NCBI GenBank assembly: GCA_963555825.3
Contig: CAUVXB020000001.1
Span: forward strand, 1,536,001 to 1,600,000
Direction of reading: 5' to 3'
From: Alphaproteobacteria bacterium
GTDB lineage: Bacteria; Pseudomonadota; Alphaproteobacteria; JAAXGF01
DNA length: 64,000 nucleotides
Shown: in pieces, positions 31,764-41,390 of the stretch
Layout of the letters: the number at the start of each line of letters is the position of its first letter
How positions within the stretch are numbered: position 1 is the first letter of the stretch
The notes under the pieces: generated by a model
Told to the model about the DNA's origin: nothing
Database searches by the model: none
The model's input: only the letters and a program-made list of their open reading frames with translations
Program-made: the position numbers and the translations under genes

Positions 31764-32296
31764 GTGAAATTCGAAAACAAAGCGACGTTTCGGAGATCGC
31801 GGCGATCGTATCGGCGGCTCTCGAGAAAGCTGGCATCACCGCGGTGCTGTCGGGCGGCGCCGCGGTTTCCATCTATACGAAGAACGCGTATGTGTCCCTG
31901 GACTTGGATTTCGTCTCGAGCGAGTCGCTCGATCGCATTGAGCCCGTTCTCGCCGAGCTTGGATTCAAACGCGGCCAGGACCGCTTCTTCACCCATGAGG
32001 ACACCGTGTACGTCGTCGAATTCCCGTCGGGCCCGGTTTCGTTCGGCGGCGACGTGGTGCGCGAATGGGGCCGGATCGAGACCGCGGCGGGTGCCATACA
32101 GATCGTCACGCCGACCCAGTGCGTCATGGACCGATTGGCAGCGTTCTATCATTGGAGCGACCCGCAAGCCCTCGACCAGGCGATCGCGGTCGCAAGGGCG
32201 CAAGAGGTCGATCTGCAGGCTATCGATACATGGTCCGAGCGCGAGGGCTTCGCCGAAGGATTCGGACGGTTCCGCCGGGTCCTGCGAACGCCCTAG
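31760..32296 (+). CDS. Putative polymerase-beta-superfamily nucleotidyltransferase
   Basis: GTG start overlapping the wHTH TGA; VLSGGAAVSIYT...YVSLDLDFV (GG..S.D.D motif). Confidence 0.75.
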   Translation: MSEIRKQSDVSEIAAIVSAALEKAGITAVLSGGAAVSIYTKNAYVSLDLDFVSSESLDRIEPVLAELGFKRGQDRFFTHEDTVYVVEFPSGPVSFGGDVVREWGRIETAAGAIQIVTPTQCVMDRLAAFYHWSDPQALDQAIAVARAQEVDLQAIDTWSEREGFAEGFGRFRRVLRTP

Positions 32297-32347
32297 GTCG
32301 GAATCGCCAAAGCGCTGAATAGCCGACCGTTCGCAAGGCGGTCTGGA

Positions 32348-34306
32348 TTAGATCGCCGTCGCCACCTCGAGCGCCTCGACGACGGCCTCCTCGACGGTGC
32401 GCGGCGCGAGACAGTCGCCGATCGGGTGGACCTCGCCGGGGTAGTCCGCAAGCGCGGCTTCGAGACCCGCATTGCGCTCGTGGCCCATCGAGACGATCAC
32501 CGTGTCGATACCGGCGAACAAGACCGGCTCGCCGCTCGTCGTCTGCATGAAATAGGCGGTGTCGGCGTCGACGCCGTAGAGCCGTGCGTACGTCGTCATC
32601 TCGACGCCGAGCCTGGTCAGCTCGGCGATCCACTGGTCGCGGATGTAGTTCTGCACGCCCTCGCCCGGTGCACGGCCGCTCGTCGCATAGCGCACGCGGT
32701 GGCCATCGATCGCAAGTTTCTCGGCCAATCCCAAGCCGATCCAGTCGCCCAGCCAGTCGGCGATGACCACCGAGGTGCCGACGTTGGCTTCGTTCCTGAG
32801 CACCTGCCAGGCGTCGACGACATGGGCGTCGGCGCGGCCCTCGATCGCCGGGTCGCGGGGCGTGGCGCCGGTCGCCACGATGACGACGTCGGGCGCCGCC
32901 TCGTCGATCATCCGGCGCGTGACCTCGACGCCGGTGCGCACCACGGCGCCGGCGCGTTCCATCTCGCGCGTGAAGTTGGGCACGATGCCGCCGAACTCGG
33001 CGCGCCCGGGCAGCAGTTGGGCGAGCAGGACCTGGCCGCCGAGTTGCTTTTCGCGCTCGTAGAGCGTCACCGCGTGGCCGCGCTCGGCCGCCACCGCCGC
33101 CGCCTTCATGCCGCCGGGGCCGCCACCGACCACCATCACTTTTCGCGCGGTTACGGCCGGCGCGCGCGTGCCGTAGACCAGCTCGCGCCCGGTCTCGGGG
33201 TGTTGGATGCAGGAGATCGGCACGTCCAACTGCATATGCCCGATGCACGCCTGGTTGCAGGCAATGCAGGCGCGGATGTCGTCGAGCCGGCCGGCCGCCG
33301 CCTTACCGGCCATCTCGGGGTCGCAGATCATGGCGCGCGTCATGCCGCACATGTCGGCCTGGCCCGAGGCGATGACCTGCTCGGCGATCTGCGGTTGGTT
33401 GATGCGCCCGGCGACGAACACCGGCTGGTCGACGGCGGCCTTCACTTTCGCCGCGAAGGGCGCGACGTAGCCGGTCTCGATGCGCATCGGCGGCACGATG
33501 TGGACCGCGCCGCCGGTCGTCGCCGACGACCCGGCGATGACGTTGAAGTAATCGTAGACGCCGTCGCCGCCGAGTGCCGTGATCGCCGCCAGCGTCTCGT
33601 CCGGCTCGAGGCCGCCGTGCTCCATCTCGTTGCCCGAGATACGCAGGCCGACGACCATGTCGGGCCCGACCTTGGCGCGGATGTTGGCGGCGACGTCGCG
33701 CAGGAAGCGCAGCCGGTTCTCGTGGCTGCCGCCGTAGGCATCGTCGCGCGAATTGACCCGCGGATTGAGGAACTGCGCCGGCAGATAGCCGTAGCTCGCG
33801 ACCACCTCGACGCCGTCGAGACCCGCCGCCTGCAAGCGCAAAGCCGTGTCGCCGAAGGCCTCGACGATCTCGCCGATCATCGCCAGCGACATCGGCCGCG
33901 CCATGATGCCGTAACGCTCGGCCGGCACCTCGGACGGCGCGTAGGCGATCGGCCGGGTGCCGTCGGCGCGCAGGCCGAAGACCTCGCGCCCGGGATGGAA
34001 GAGCTGGCCGAACACCTTGCAGCCGTGGCCGTGGACCGCCCGCGCCAGACGCCGGTAGCCGTCGATGCAGGCGTCCTCGTAGCCCTTGATGGTGTGCGAC
34101 GAGAAGAACGCCGTCTCGTGCACCGCGGCGACCTCGACGATGACCAGCCCGGCGCCGCCGCGCGCCCGCGCTTCCTGATAGGCGATCAGCGCGTCGTTGG
34201 GCGCGCCGTCGTCGACCAGCACGGTCTGGTGGCCGGTCGAGAAGATGCGATTCCTGAGCTCGACCGACCCGACCGTGAGCGGCGTGAAGAGATGCGTGAA
34301 CGTCAT
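32348..34306 (-). CDS. Old-yellow-enzyme-type NADH:flavin oxidoreductase with 4Fe-4S and FAD domains
   Basis: LRNRI, RARGG.GL, QLFHPGR, GYL..QFL.P..N.R.D.YGGS.ENR.RF, CIACNQAC..C, VVGGGPGG. Confidence 0.9.
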   Translation of the reverse strand: MTFTHLFTPLTVGSVELRNRIFSTGHQTVLVDDGAPNDALIAYQEARARGGAGLVIVEVAAVHETAFFSSHTIKGYEDACIDGYRRLARAVHGHGCKVFGQLFHPGREVFGLRADGTRPIAYAPSEVPAERYGIMARPMSLAMIGEIVEAFGDTALRLQAAGLDGVEVVASYGYLPAQFLNPRVNSRDDAYGGSHENRLRFLRDVAANIRAKVGPDMVVGLRISGNEMEHGGLEPDETLAAITALGGDGVYDYFNVIAGSSATTGGAVHIVPPMRIETGYVAPFAAKVKAAVDQPVFVAGRINQPQIAEQVIASGQADMCGMTRAMICDPEMAGKAAAGRLDDIRACIACNQACIGHMQLDVPISCIQHPETGRELVYGTRAPAVTARKVMVVGGGPGGMKAAAVAAERGHAVTLYEREKQLGGQVLLAQLLPGRAEFGGIVPNFTREMERAGAVVRTGVEVTRRMIDEAAPDVVIVATGATPRDPAIEGRADAHVVDAWQVLRNEANVGTSVVIADWLGDWIGLGLAEKLAIDGHRVRYATSGRAPGEGVQNYIRDQWIAELTRLGVEMTTYARLYGVDADTAYFMQTTSGEPVLFAGIDTVIVSMGHERNAGLEAALADYPGEVHPIGDCLAPRTVEEAVVEALEVATAI

Positions 34307-34317
34307 GGCGCCTTCCC

Positions 34318-34707
34318 TCAATCCTGCGGATGGGCGAAGTAGAGCTTGTTGATGATCTGCCAGCGGCCGTCGCGCTCGAGCATCGACAGGTAGTCGGTGA
34401 ACCAGATGCCGAGGTAGAGATTGGCGACCTTGGCCACCGCGCTGTCGCCCGTGACGTCGATCGTTTCGATCCGCGCCTCGTAGGATTCGCCCGCCGCCAA
34501 CGTCGACTCCGCTATGCAAAAGTCGACGAACGCGTCGAGTGAGCTCCATTCCAGCTCGCCCTCGAAATGGCCGATGACGAAGGCGTCGGCATGGAACGCG
34601 CACCTCAACTTCGCCTCGTCGCCATAGAACATGCCGTCGAAATAGTCCTGGGCGACCTGCGCAATACGCTCTTGGACGGTGCCGGTTTCACTCATTGTCG
34701 TCTCCAT
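34318..34707 (-). CDS. NTF2-like (putative lumazine-binding family) protein
   Basis: YFDG...GD...L..AFH..A; IDVTGDSAVAKV; FTDYLSML...GRWQIINK. Confidence 0.85.
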   Translation of the reverse strand: METTMSETGTVQERIAQVAQDYFDGMFYGDEAKLRCAFHADAFVIGHFEGELEWSSLDAFVDFCIAESTLAAGESYEARIETIDVTGDSAVAKVANLYLGIWFTDYLSMLERDGRWQIINKLYFAHPQD

Positions 34708-34710
34708 CGG

Positions 34711-36420
34711 TCAGAATCCCGCGATCGCCGTCGTCCAGCTTGGGCCGGCGGCCGCCGTGAGCGTGCCGCTGCGGGGGTTGGCGGCGACCGCGCAGATGCG
34801 GCCGAAGGTCGTCCCGGCGTTGGGCCGCTCCTCGGCGAGCACCACCTCGTGGCCGGCCTTGGCGAGGCGACCGCGGACGGCCTCGGGGATGCGCGCATCG
34901 ACGTAGGTCGCGCCGCCCTGGCTGTGGACGCGCGGGTGGTCGAGCGCGCGCTGCAGCTTCATGCGGTGGTCGATGACGTTGATCATGGTGTGCAGCACGC
35001 CTGTTTCGATGCGATAGTCGCCCGAGCCCGAGCAGGCGAAGACGGCTTTGCCCGCCCTGGTCGCGACGATCGCGGGCGCGGCGAAGATCGGCATTTTTCG
35101 CGGCGCGATGCTCGAGGGGAAGCCGGGGCGCGGATCGAAGTTCTGCATCGCGTTGTTGAGGAAGATGCCGGCGTCCGGCACGTAGACCAGCGAGCCGAAG
35201 CCCGAGCCGACGCTCATGCACACCGACGCCATGTTGCCCCAGCGGTCGGCGGCGGCAAACTGGCTGGTGCCGACGCGGCGCGCGCGCTGCGGGTCGCCCG
35301 CGACCACCTCCGGCGCGGCACCCGAGGCGTCATAGGGCCAGGGGTCGCCCGGCGCGACCGGGCGCGCAAGCGCCTTGCGCATGCGGATGAGCTTGCGGCG
35401 CTCGGCGGCGAAGGCCGCGTTGGCCAGGCCGTCGACCGGGCTCTCGACGAAGGCCGGGTCGCCGTAGTGGGTCATCGAATCGGCGAAGGCGACGGCCAGC
35501 GCCTCGGCCATCAGGTGTCGGTATTCGTATGAGTCCGGGCCGTAGCCCCGGAGGTCGTAGCGATCGAGGATGTTGAGCGCCTCGTAGGCGACCTGGTCGT
35601 AGCACGAGACGTAGTCGTGGCCGCGGTAGCGCGCCGGCCGCTCGCGCAGGATGCGCGGCTCGTAGGCGGCGAGGTCGTCGGCCGAGAGGATGCCGCCGTT
35701 CGCCATGAAGCGGTCGATCGCCTTGGCGACGCGGCCGCGGTAGAAGCCCGCCTTGCCGCGCCGGGCGATGTCGCCCAGCGTGCGCGCCAGCGCGGCCGTG
35801 TCGAGCACGTGACCGCCGTCTTCGTAGCCGGGCACGTCGGGCAGCTTGCCGCCGGGCAGCAGATGCGCGGCGGTCGCCGGCAGCGCGGCGATGCGCTCGG
35901 CATTGTCGGCGATGGTGGCCTTGTCGTCCCAGCGCAGGGCCACGCCGGCCTCGGCCGCCTCGATCGCCGGCGCCAACACCTGGGCGAGCGGCAGCTTGCC
36001 GCCCAGCGCGTGGGCGTCGACGAAGCCGGCGACCGCGCCCGGCACGGCGGGCGCGAGCATGCCGTAATAGGCCTGGTCGCCCTTGGTGAAGGGGTGGCCG
36101 TAGTAGGTCGGCGACCGCTTGCGGTCGAGCTTGAACATCCTGGCGTGAGCCTTCAACGGCGCCCGGCAATAGGCGTCGATGGTCAGGAACTCGCCCGGGT
36201 CGGCAAGCCACAGCGAGATATGCGCGTAGCCGCCGAGGCCGCAGGACGCCTGCTCGGTGACGCAGGCGGTGAAGGCGCCGGCAACCAGTGCGTCGATCGC
36301 GTTGCCGCCCTGCTCCATGACGCGCACGCCGGCTTCGACGCTCAACGGGTGGCCGCCCGAGCAGACGCCCCGCTCGACCTCGACTTCACCGTGGGTGTGG
36401 ATGCGCGCACCCGTGATCAT
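34711..36420 (-). CDS. Gamma-glutamyltransferase family protein
   Basis: GGNAIDA, GLGG, AVPGAVAG, FYRG, GTSQFAAAD (nucleophilic Thr), FGS, LNNAM, PRVH. Confidence 0.88.
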   Translation of the reverse strand: MITGARIHTHGEVEVERGVCSGGHPLSVEAGVRVMEQGGNAIDALVAGAFTACVTEQASCGLGGYAHISLWLADPGEFLTIDAYCRAPLKAHARMFKLDRKRSPTYYGHPFTKGDQAYYGMLAPAVPGAVAGFVDAHALGGKLPLAQVLAPAIEAAEAGVALRWDDKATIADNAERIAALPATAAHLLPGGKLPDVPGYEDGGHVLDTAALARTLGDIARRGKAGFYRGRVAKAIDRFMANGGILSADDLAAYEPRILRERPARYRGHDYVSCYDQVAYEALNILDRYDLRGYGPDSYEYRHLMAEALAVAFADSMTHYGDPAFVESPVDGLANAAFAAERRKLIRMRKALARPVAPGDPWPYDASGAAPEVVAGDPQRARRVGTSQFAAADRWGNMASVCMSVGSGFGSLVYVPDAGIFLNNAMQNFDPRPGFPSSIAPRKMPIFAAPAIVATRAGKAVFACSGSGDYRIETGVLHTMINVIDHRMKLQRALDHPRVHSQGGATYVDARIPEAVRGRLAKAGHEVVLAEERPNAGTTFGRICAVAANPRSGTLTAAAGPSWTTAIAGF

Positions 36421-36686
36421 GGCGTCTCTCCCCGGATTTCCCGCCGCATCGGAGCATAGCCGAGACGACTCGTCCGTCAGCCGAAATTTCGCCGCCAATA
36501 TCGGCCGCATGAACAACGACATCGCGAAAGCGTGATCGTCGAATTCGACGACGGGGCACGAGTTCCCGACGGGGTTGTCGTATAGTGGCGTTGAAAGGCC
36601 TGAACGGCCGCTGTATTTGGTAGTTCTGGCGACGGCAGCGCGATTGGCACCGTCCAACGAGAAACGAACACCGGAGGAGCATAACC

Positions 36687-37349
36687 ATGACACTGCAACT
36701 CGGGGACACCGCCCCGGACTTCACCGCCGAATCCACCGAGGGTACGATCAACTTCCACGATTGGATCGGCGACAGCTGGGCGATGATGTTCTCGCACCCC
36801 AAGGACTTCACGCCGGTCTGCACCACCGAACTCGGCTATGTCGCGAAGCTCAAGCCCGAGTTCGACAAGCGCAACGTCAAGGTCGTCGGGCTGAGCGTCG
36901 ATTCGGTCGAGGACCACGTCGCGTGGTCAAAGGACATCGAGGAGACCCAAGGCGCCGCGCCGAACTATCCGATGATCGGCGATTCCGATCTCAGCGTCGC
37001 CAAGCTCTACGGCATGATCCACCCGAACGCGCGCGGCAAGGCATCAGAACGCACGGCGGTGGACAACGCGACGGTGCGCAACGTGTACGTCATCGGGCCG
37101 GACAAGAACATCAAGCTGATGATCACTTATCCGATGAGCACCGGACGCAATTTCGACGAGATACTTCGGGTCATCGATTCATTGCAGTTGACCGCCAATC
37201 ATCAGGTCGCCACGCCGGCCAATTGGCAGGACGGCGACGACGTGATCATCGTCCCGGCGGTGAAGGACGAGGCGGCCAGGGAAAAGTATCCGGACGGCTG
37301 GACGGCGCCGAAACCCTACCTCAGGTTTGTCCCGCAGCCTGGCAAGTAG
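36687..37349 (+). CDS. 1-Cys peroxiredoxin (Prx6 class)
   Basis: FSHPKDFTPVCTTELG, YPMSTGRNFDE, ATPANW, PYLR. Confidence 0.95.
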   Translation: MTLQLGDTAPDFTAESTEGTINFHDWIGDSWAMMFSHPKDFTPVCTTELGYVAKLKPEFDKRNVKVVGLSVDSVEDHVAWSKDIEETQGAAPNYPMIGDSDLSVAKLYGMIHPNARGKASERTAVDNATVRNVYVIGPDKNIKLMITYPMSTGRNFDEILRVIDSLQLTANHQVATPANWQDGDDVIIVPAVKDEAAREKYPDGWTAPKPYLRFVPQPGK

Positions 37350-37369
37350 CCGTCGCGGCTGATCGATAG

Positions 37370-38044
37370 GTGACGCGACTGACCGGCTCCGCGCCGGCCG
37401 CGATCGGCGCGGCGCTTTTCGCCATCGCCATCGTCGTGGCCGGGTCATCGCGCGCCGACCCGGCCGGCGATTTCGTCGCGCGCTACGTTGCGGCGGTCAA
37501 TGCCGGCAGCGAGGACGGCATCGTTGCGCTGCTCCACCCGGCGACGCGCGCCTGCATGGACGAGGCAAGTGGCGACTTCTTCGACTACATACTCGCCAAC
37601 GAGCTCAAACGGTCGATCCCCGACACGTACCGTCTGACCGTGACGCCGGTTGCCGATGACGAGACGCTGCTGATGGCGGGCATGCTCGGCTACCCGGTAC
37701 GGCCGAGCCATACCCTGCAGATCGATTTCGACGATGGCCCCTACAGCGGGACCACGATCATCAGCTACGCCATCGACGACGGCGGCTTGTGGCACACGGT
37801 GATCGGCTGTCCGACGCCCGAGGCGGTCGCGATGTTCCGCGAGGCCCGCGCCCGCGCCCTGGAGCAGGAGGAACGGGCCCGCGAACTCGCAGCGCAGGTC
37901 TCGCCGACGTTGCGGGCCGAAATCGAGACGCTCATGGCGGAGGGCCAGCGAATCGTGGCGATCAAGCGGTATGCCGCGGAAGCCGGCGTCGGACTGGCGA
38001 TCGCCCGCGCCGTTGTCCTGCTGATCGCGGGCGCCGGCGAATGA
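37370..38044 (+). CDS. Secreted hypothetical protein with ribosomal L7/L12-CTD-like tail
   Basis: Signal peptide; C-terminal GQRIVAIKRY....GVGL..A...V. Confidence 0.65.
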   Translation: MTRLTGSAPAAIGAALFAIAIVVAGSSRADPAGDFVARYVAAVNAGSEDGIVALLHPATRACMDEASGDFFDYILANELKRSIPDTYRLTVTPVADDETLLMAGMLGYPVRPSHTLQIDFDDGPYSGTTIISYAIDDGGLWHTVIGCPTPEAVAMFREARARALEQEERARELAAQVSPTLRAEIETLMAEGQRIVAIKRYAAEAGVGLAIARAVVLLIAGAGE

Positions 38045-38149
38045 TTCGGCTTGTCCGACGGTACGTTTGTCCCTAATTGACGTTGCGGGCAGCTTCCGCA
38101 CCCGATATGACCTGGGGATCGACGGCGGTACGGTCCCGGAGCGAACGGC

Positions 38150-39019
38150 ATGTTTATTCAGATCGAGAAGACGCCCGACACGAATGTCCTGACCTTTCTG
38201 CCCGGCCGCACGGTGCTGGGCTCGGGCAGCCTGACTTTCGCGGATACGGAAGAGGCCGAGCGCTCACCGCTCGCCGCGCGGCTCATGCAGATCGCCGGGA
38301 TCGAGCGCGTCACCCTTGGCGCCGATCATGTCGAGGCAGCGAAGGCCGGCGACGCCGATTGGCAGCTGCTGAAGCCCGCCGTGCTCGGCGTCATCATGGA
38401 GCATTTTCTCGGTGGCCACCCGGTGCTTGCGGCCGCGCCGCCGGCGCCCCCCGCCTACGACGCCGACGACGCCGAGCTGGTCGCCGAAATCGAAGCGCTG
38501 CTCGACGAACGCATCCGCCCGGGCCTGACCGAGGACGGCGCCAAGATTGCGTTCCTCGGCTATAGCGACGGCGTCGTCGAGCTCGACCTCGACGGCAGTG
38601 GTCTTGCCGTGCCGGTGTTCAGCATCAAGATCCGCATCGAGAACACGCTGCACCACCACCTGCCCGAGATCGAGACCGTGCGGTTCGTCGAGAAAATCTC
38701 GGCGCCCGAAGATCTCGACTGGGACAATCCCGAGGTCGTCGCCGTCCACGACCTGCTCGAGGAACGCATCAACCCGGCGGTCGCCGCCCACGGCGGCCAT
38801 ATCGCGCTGATCGACGTCAAAGACCACACCGCCTACATCCGCCTCGAGGGCGGTTGCCAGGGCTGCGGCATGGCCGACGTAACGCTCAAGCAAGGCGTCG
38901 AGGTGATGATCCTGGAAAACGTTCCGACGATCACCGCGGTGCTCGATTCGACCGACCACGCCGGCGGCACCAACCCCTTCTTCGAACAAGGCAAGGACGG
39001 CGGCTTCACGCCGTTCTAG
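38150..39019 (+). CDS. NifU/NfuA-like Fe-S scaffold with tandem NifU domains
   Basis: MFIQ.E.TP....L.FLPG N-terminal domain; IRP....DG domain without CxxC; INPAVAAHGG..GGCQGC domain; DSTDHAGGTNPF. Confidence 0.85.
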   Translation: MFIQIEKTPDTNVLTFLPGRTVLGSGSLTFADTEEAERSPLAARLMQIAGIERVTLGADHVEAAKAGDADWQLLKPAVLGVIMEHFLGGHPVLAAAPPAPPAYDADDAELVAEIEALLDERIRPGLTEDGAKIAFLGYSDGVVELDLDGSGLAVPVFSIKIRIENTLHHHLPEIETVRFVEKISAPEDLDWDNPEVVAVHDLLEERINPAVAAHGGHIALIDVKDHTAYIRLEGGCQGCGMADVTLKQGVEVMILENVPTITAVLDSTDHAGGTNPFFEQGKDGGFTPF

Positions 39020-39921
39020 ACGCCGCTGCCGTCAACAATCTCGAACGCGACGTCCTCTTCGGGCGCGCCGTCGCTTACGACGACGCCGCGATCGACCAAC
39101 TCGATCAGATGAGCGAGGACCGAGCGGCGCGCCGCCGGCCACAGACCCGCCGTCAGGTCGGGGTACATCGGGGCGACCATGTCGGCGATCATCGTCACGC
39201 CGTCGGCGAGGCAGGCGAAAACCTGGCGCTCGCGCAAGGCCCGATGATCGAGAAAGGCGCGCACGTGGCGCTCGGGCGCATCGATCGCCGGCCCGTGCGT
39301 CGGCCAGTAGACCCGGTCGTCGCGCTCGAGCAGGCGGGCGAGGCTCGCCCGGTAGGCGGCCATATCGCCGTCGGGCGGCGCGACCACCGAGGTCGACCAG
39401 CCCATGACATGATCGCCGCTGAACAGCGTCCGTTCGGCATCGAGCGCGAAACAAAGATGGTTCGAGGTGTGCCCCGGCGTGTGAACCGCGGCGACCCGCC
39501 AGCCGGCGCCGTCGACGACGTCGCCATCGCCGAGCACGACGTCGGGCACAAAATCGCGGTCGGCGCCTTCCTCGACCGCCGGCCCGCCGCCGCCCCCGCC
39601 ATGTGGCCCGAAGCCATAGGTCGGCGCGCCGGTCGCCTGACCGACCAGCCGCGCCGCGGGCGAATGGTCGAGGTGGGTGTGGGTGATCAACTGGTGTGTA
39701 ACGGTCTCGCCGGCGAGCGCCGTGAGCAGCGCGTCGACATGCGCGTCGATCGCCGGTCCGGGATCGATGATCGCGACCTCGCCCCGCCCGAGGATGTAGG
39801 TGCCGGTGCCGTGAAAGGTGAACGGCCCCGGATTGCCGGCGATGACGCGGCGGACCATTGGCGCCACCTGCTCGATGACGCCGACCTCGAATTTCATCTC
39901 GGTGACGAAGGGGATCGTCAA
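39016..39921 (-). CDS. MBL-fold metallo-hydrolase
   Basis: NPGPFTFHGTGTY, THTHLDHS, HTPGHTSNH, SGDHV, PTHG; start TTG 39921 or ATG 39960. Confidence 0.9.
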   Translation of the reverse strand: MTIPFVTEMKFEVGVIEQVAPMVRRVIAGNPGPFTFHGTGTYILGRGEVAIIDPGPAIDAHVDALLTALAGETVTHQLITHTHLDHSPAARLVGQATGAPTYGFGPHGGGGGGPAVEEGADRDFVPDVVLGDGDVVDGAGWRVAAVHTPGHTSNHLCFALDAERTLFSGDHVMGWSTSVVAPPDGDMAAYRASLARLLERDDRVYWPTHGPAIDAPERHVRAFLDHRALRERQVFACLADGVTMIADMVAPMYPDLTAGLWPAARRSVLAHLIELVDRGVVVSDGAPEEDVAFEIVDGSGV

Positions 39922-39998
39922 GCCAGTGTCCCTCTGCGTTTGCGGTTGCGGCGCCGCCATGTTGCCCGAAACGCCCACCGGGTGTCTAATGGCCAATC

Positions 39999-40304
39999 AT
40001 GCGGTGGATCCGGACAGCGGCGCTTGCGACGATGATCGCGATGAGCGCGCCGGCGGCTGCGGCGGTCGGCGACGGCGCGGGACTTCGAATGCCCGTGCCC
40101 GCGGCGGATAGTCTGCGCGTTACGCGGCTCTCGACCTTCGCGATCCGCGACCTGCTCGAGGCGCATGGCTACCGCGATATCGGCAAGATCACGTTCAACG
40201 GCTTCACGTATATCACGCGCGCGACCGATCGCGACGGCCGGCGGGTAAAGCTCTATGTCGACCCGTCCACGGCCAAGGTACTGAAGAAGAAGTTCTACAA
40301 GTAG
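39999..40304 (+). CDS. Small secreted PepSY-like protein
   Basis: Signal peptide; L...GY.DI..I......Y...A....GRRVKLYVDP.T..V. Confidence 0.7.
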   Translation: MRWIRTAALATMIAMSAPAAAAVGDGAGLRMPVPAADSLRVTRLSTFAIRDLLEAHGYRDIGKITFNGFTYITRATDRDGRRVKLYVDPSTAKVLKKKFYK

Positions 40305-40305
40305 G

Positions 40306-41196
40306 TCAGCCGTCGCCGACGAGGCGCGCGCGCGCCTCCTCGTACTTCTCAGATGTCCTGGCCGTGATGTCGGCCGGCAGCTCGGGCGCCGGCGGTCGCT
40401 TGTTCCAACCGATGCTTTCGAGGTGGTTGCGCACGAACTGCTTGTCGAAGCTTTCCGGGCTGTGGCCCGGCGCGTAGGTTTCGGCCGGCCAAAAGCGCGA
40501 CGAATCGGGCGTCAGCACCTCGTCGATCAGCACCAGTTCGCCGTCGCCGTCGAGCGCAAACTCGAATTTGGTGTCGGCGACGATGATGCCGCGGCCGGCG
40601 GCGTAGTCGCGGGCGTGTTGGTAGACTGCGATGGCGGCGTCGCGCACGCGGGCGGCAACGTCGGCGCCGATCAAATCGACAGCCTTGTCGTAGCTGATGT
40701 TCTCGTCATGCGCGCCCATTTCCGCCTTGGTCGAGGGCGTGAACAGCGTCTCGGGCAGCTTGTCGGCGCGGCGCAGACCCTCGGGCAACGGGATGCCGCA
40801 GACCGTTCCGCCGCGCTGATATTCCTTCCAGCCCGAGCCTTCGATATAGCCGCGCACGATGGCCTCGATCGGCAGCGGCTCGAGCCGGCGGACGACCATC
40901 GAGCGGCCGACCAGCGGCGCGCGCTCGGCGGCGTCGGGCACCGCGTCCTCGAGGCTCATGCCGGACAGATGGTTGGCGACGATGCCGCCGGTCCGCGCGA
41001 ACCAGAAGTACGACAGCGCGGTCAACACCGCGCCCTTGCCGGGGATCGGCGTCGGCAGCACGACGTCGAACGCCGACAACCGGTCGCTGGCGACGATCAG
41101 CAGGTGGTCGTCGTCGACGGCATAGTTGTCACGCACCTTGCCGCGACTGATCAGCGGCAGGCTTTCGAGGGTCGATTCGAACAGTGTCTCGGTCAT
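40306..41196 (-). CDS. purC: SAICAR synthase
   Basis: GKVRD.Y, ASDRLSAFD, RGYIEGSG, FTPSTKA, ADTKFEF, DEVLTPDSSRFW, DKQFVR. Confidence 0.96.
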   Translation of the reverse strand: MTETLFESTLESLPLISRGKVRDNYAVDDDHLLIVASDRLSAFDVVLPTPIPGKGAVLTALSYFWFARTGGIVANHLSGMSLEDAVPDAAERAPLVGRSMVVRRLEPLPIEAIVRGYIEGSGWKEYQRGGTVCGIPLPEGLRRADKLPETLFTPSTKAEMGAHDENISYDKAVDLIGADVAARVRDAAIAVYQHARDYAAGRGIIVADTKFEFALDGDGELVLIDEVLTPDSSRFWPAETYAPGHSPESFDKQFVRNHLESIGWNKRPPAPELPADITARTSEKYEEARARLVGDG

Positions 41197-41390
41197 ATTT
41201 TTTTCCGGTCTCGGTAATCGCGCGGTCGCGACGGCGCAGAATGTCGCGTTCGGCGACCGTTGTCACCCGCGCATCTTATTTGGTCGTGTCCCGGTTTGAA
41301 ATTTGCCATGTGGAAAGCGCGAAGCGCAACCATATGTCGGCCCATTTTAAGGGTTTGTATCGCACCCGGTTCCTTGGACACAAGTTTGTC

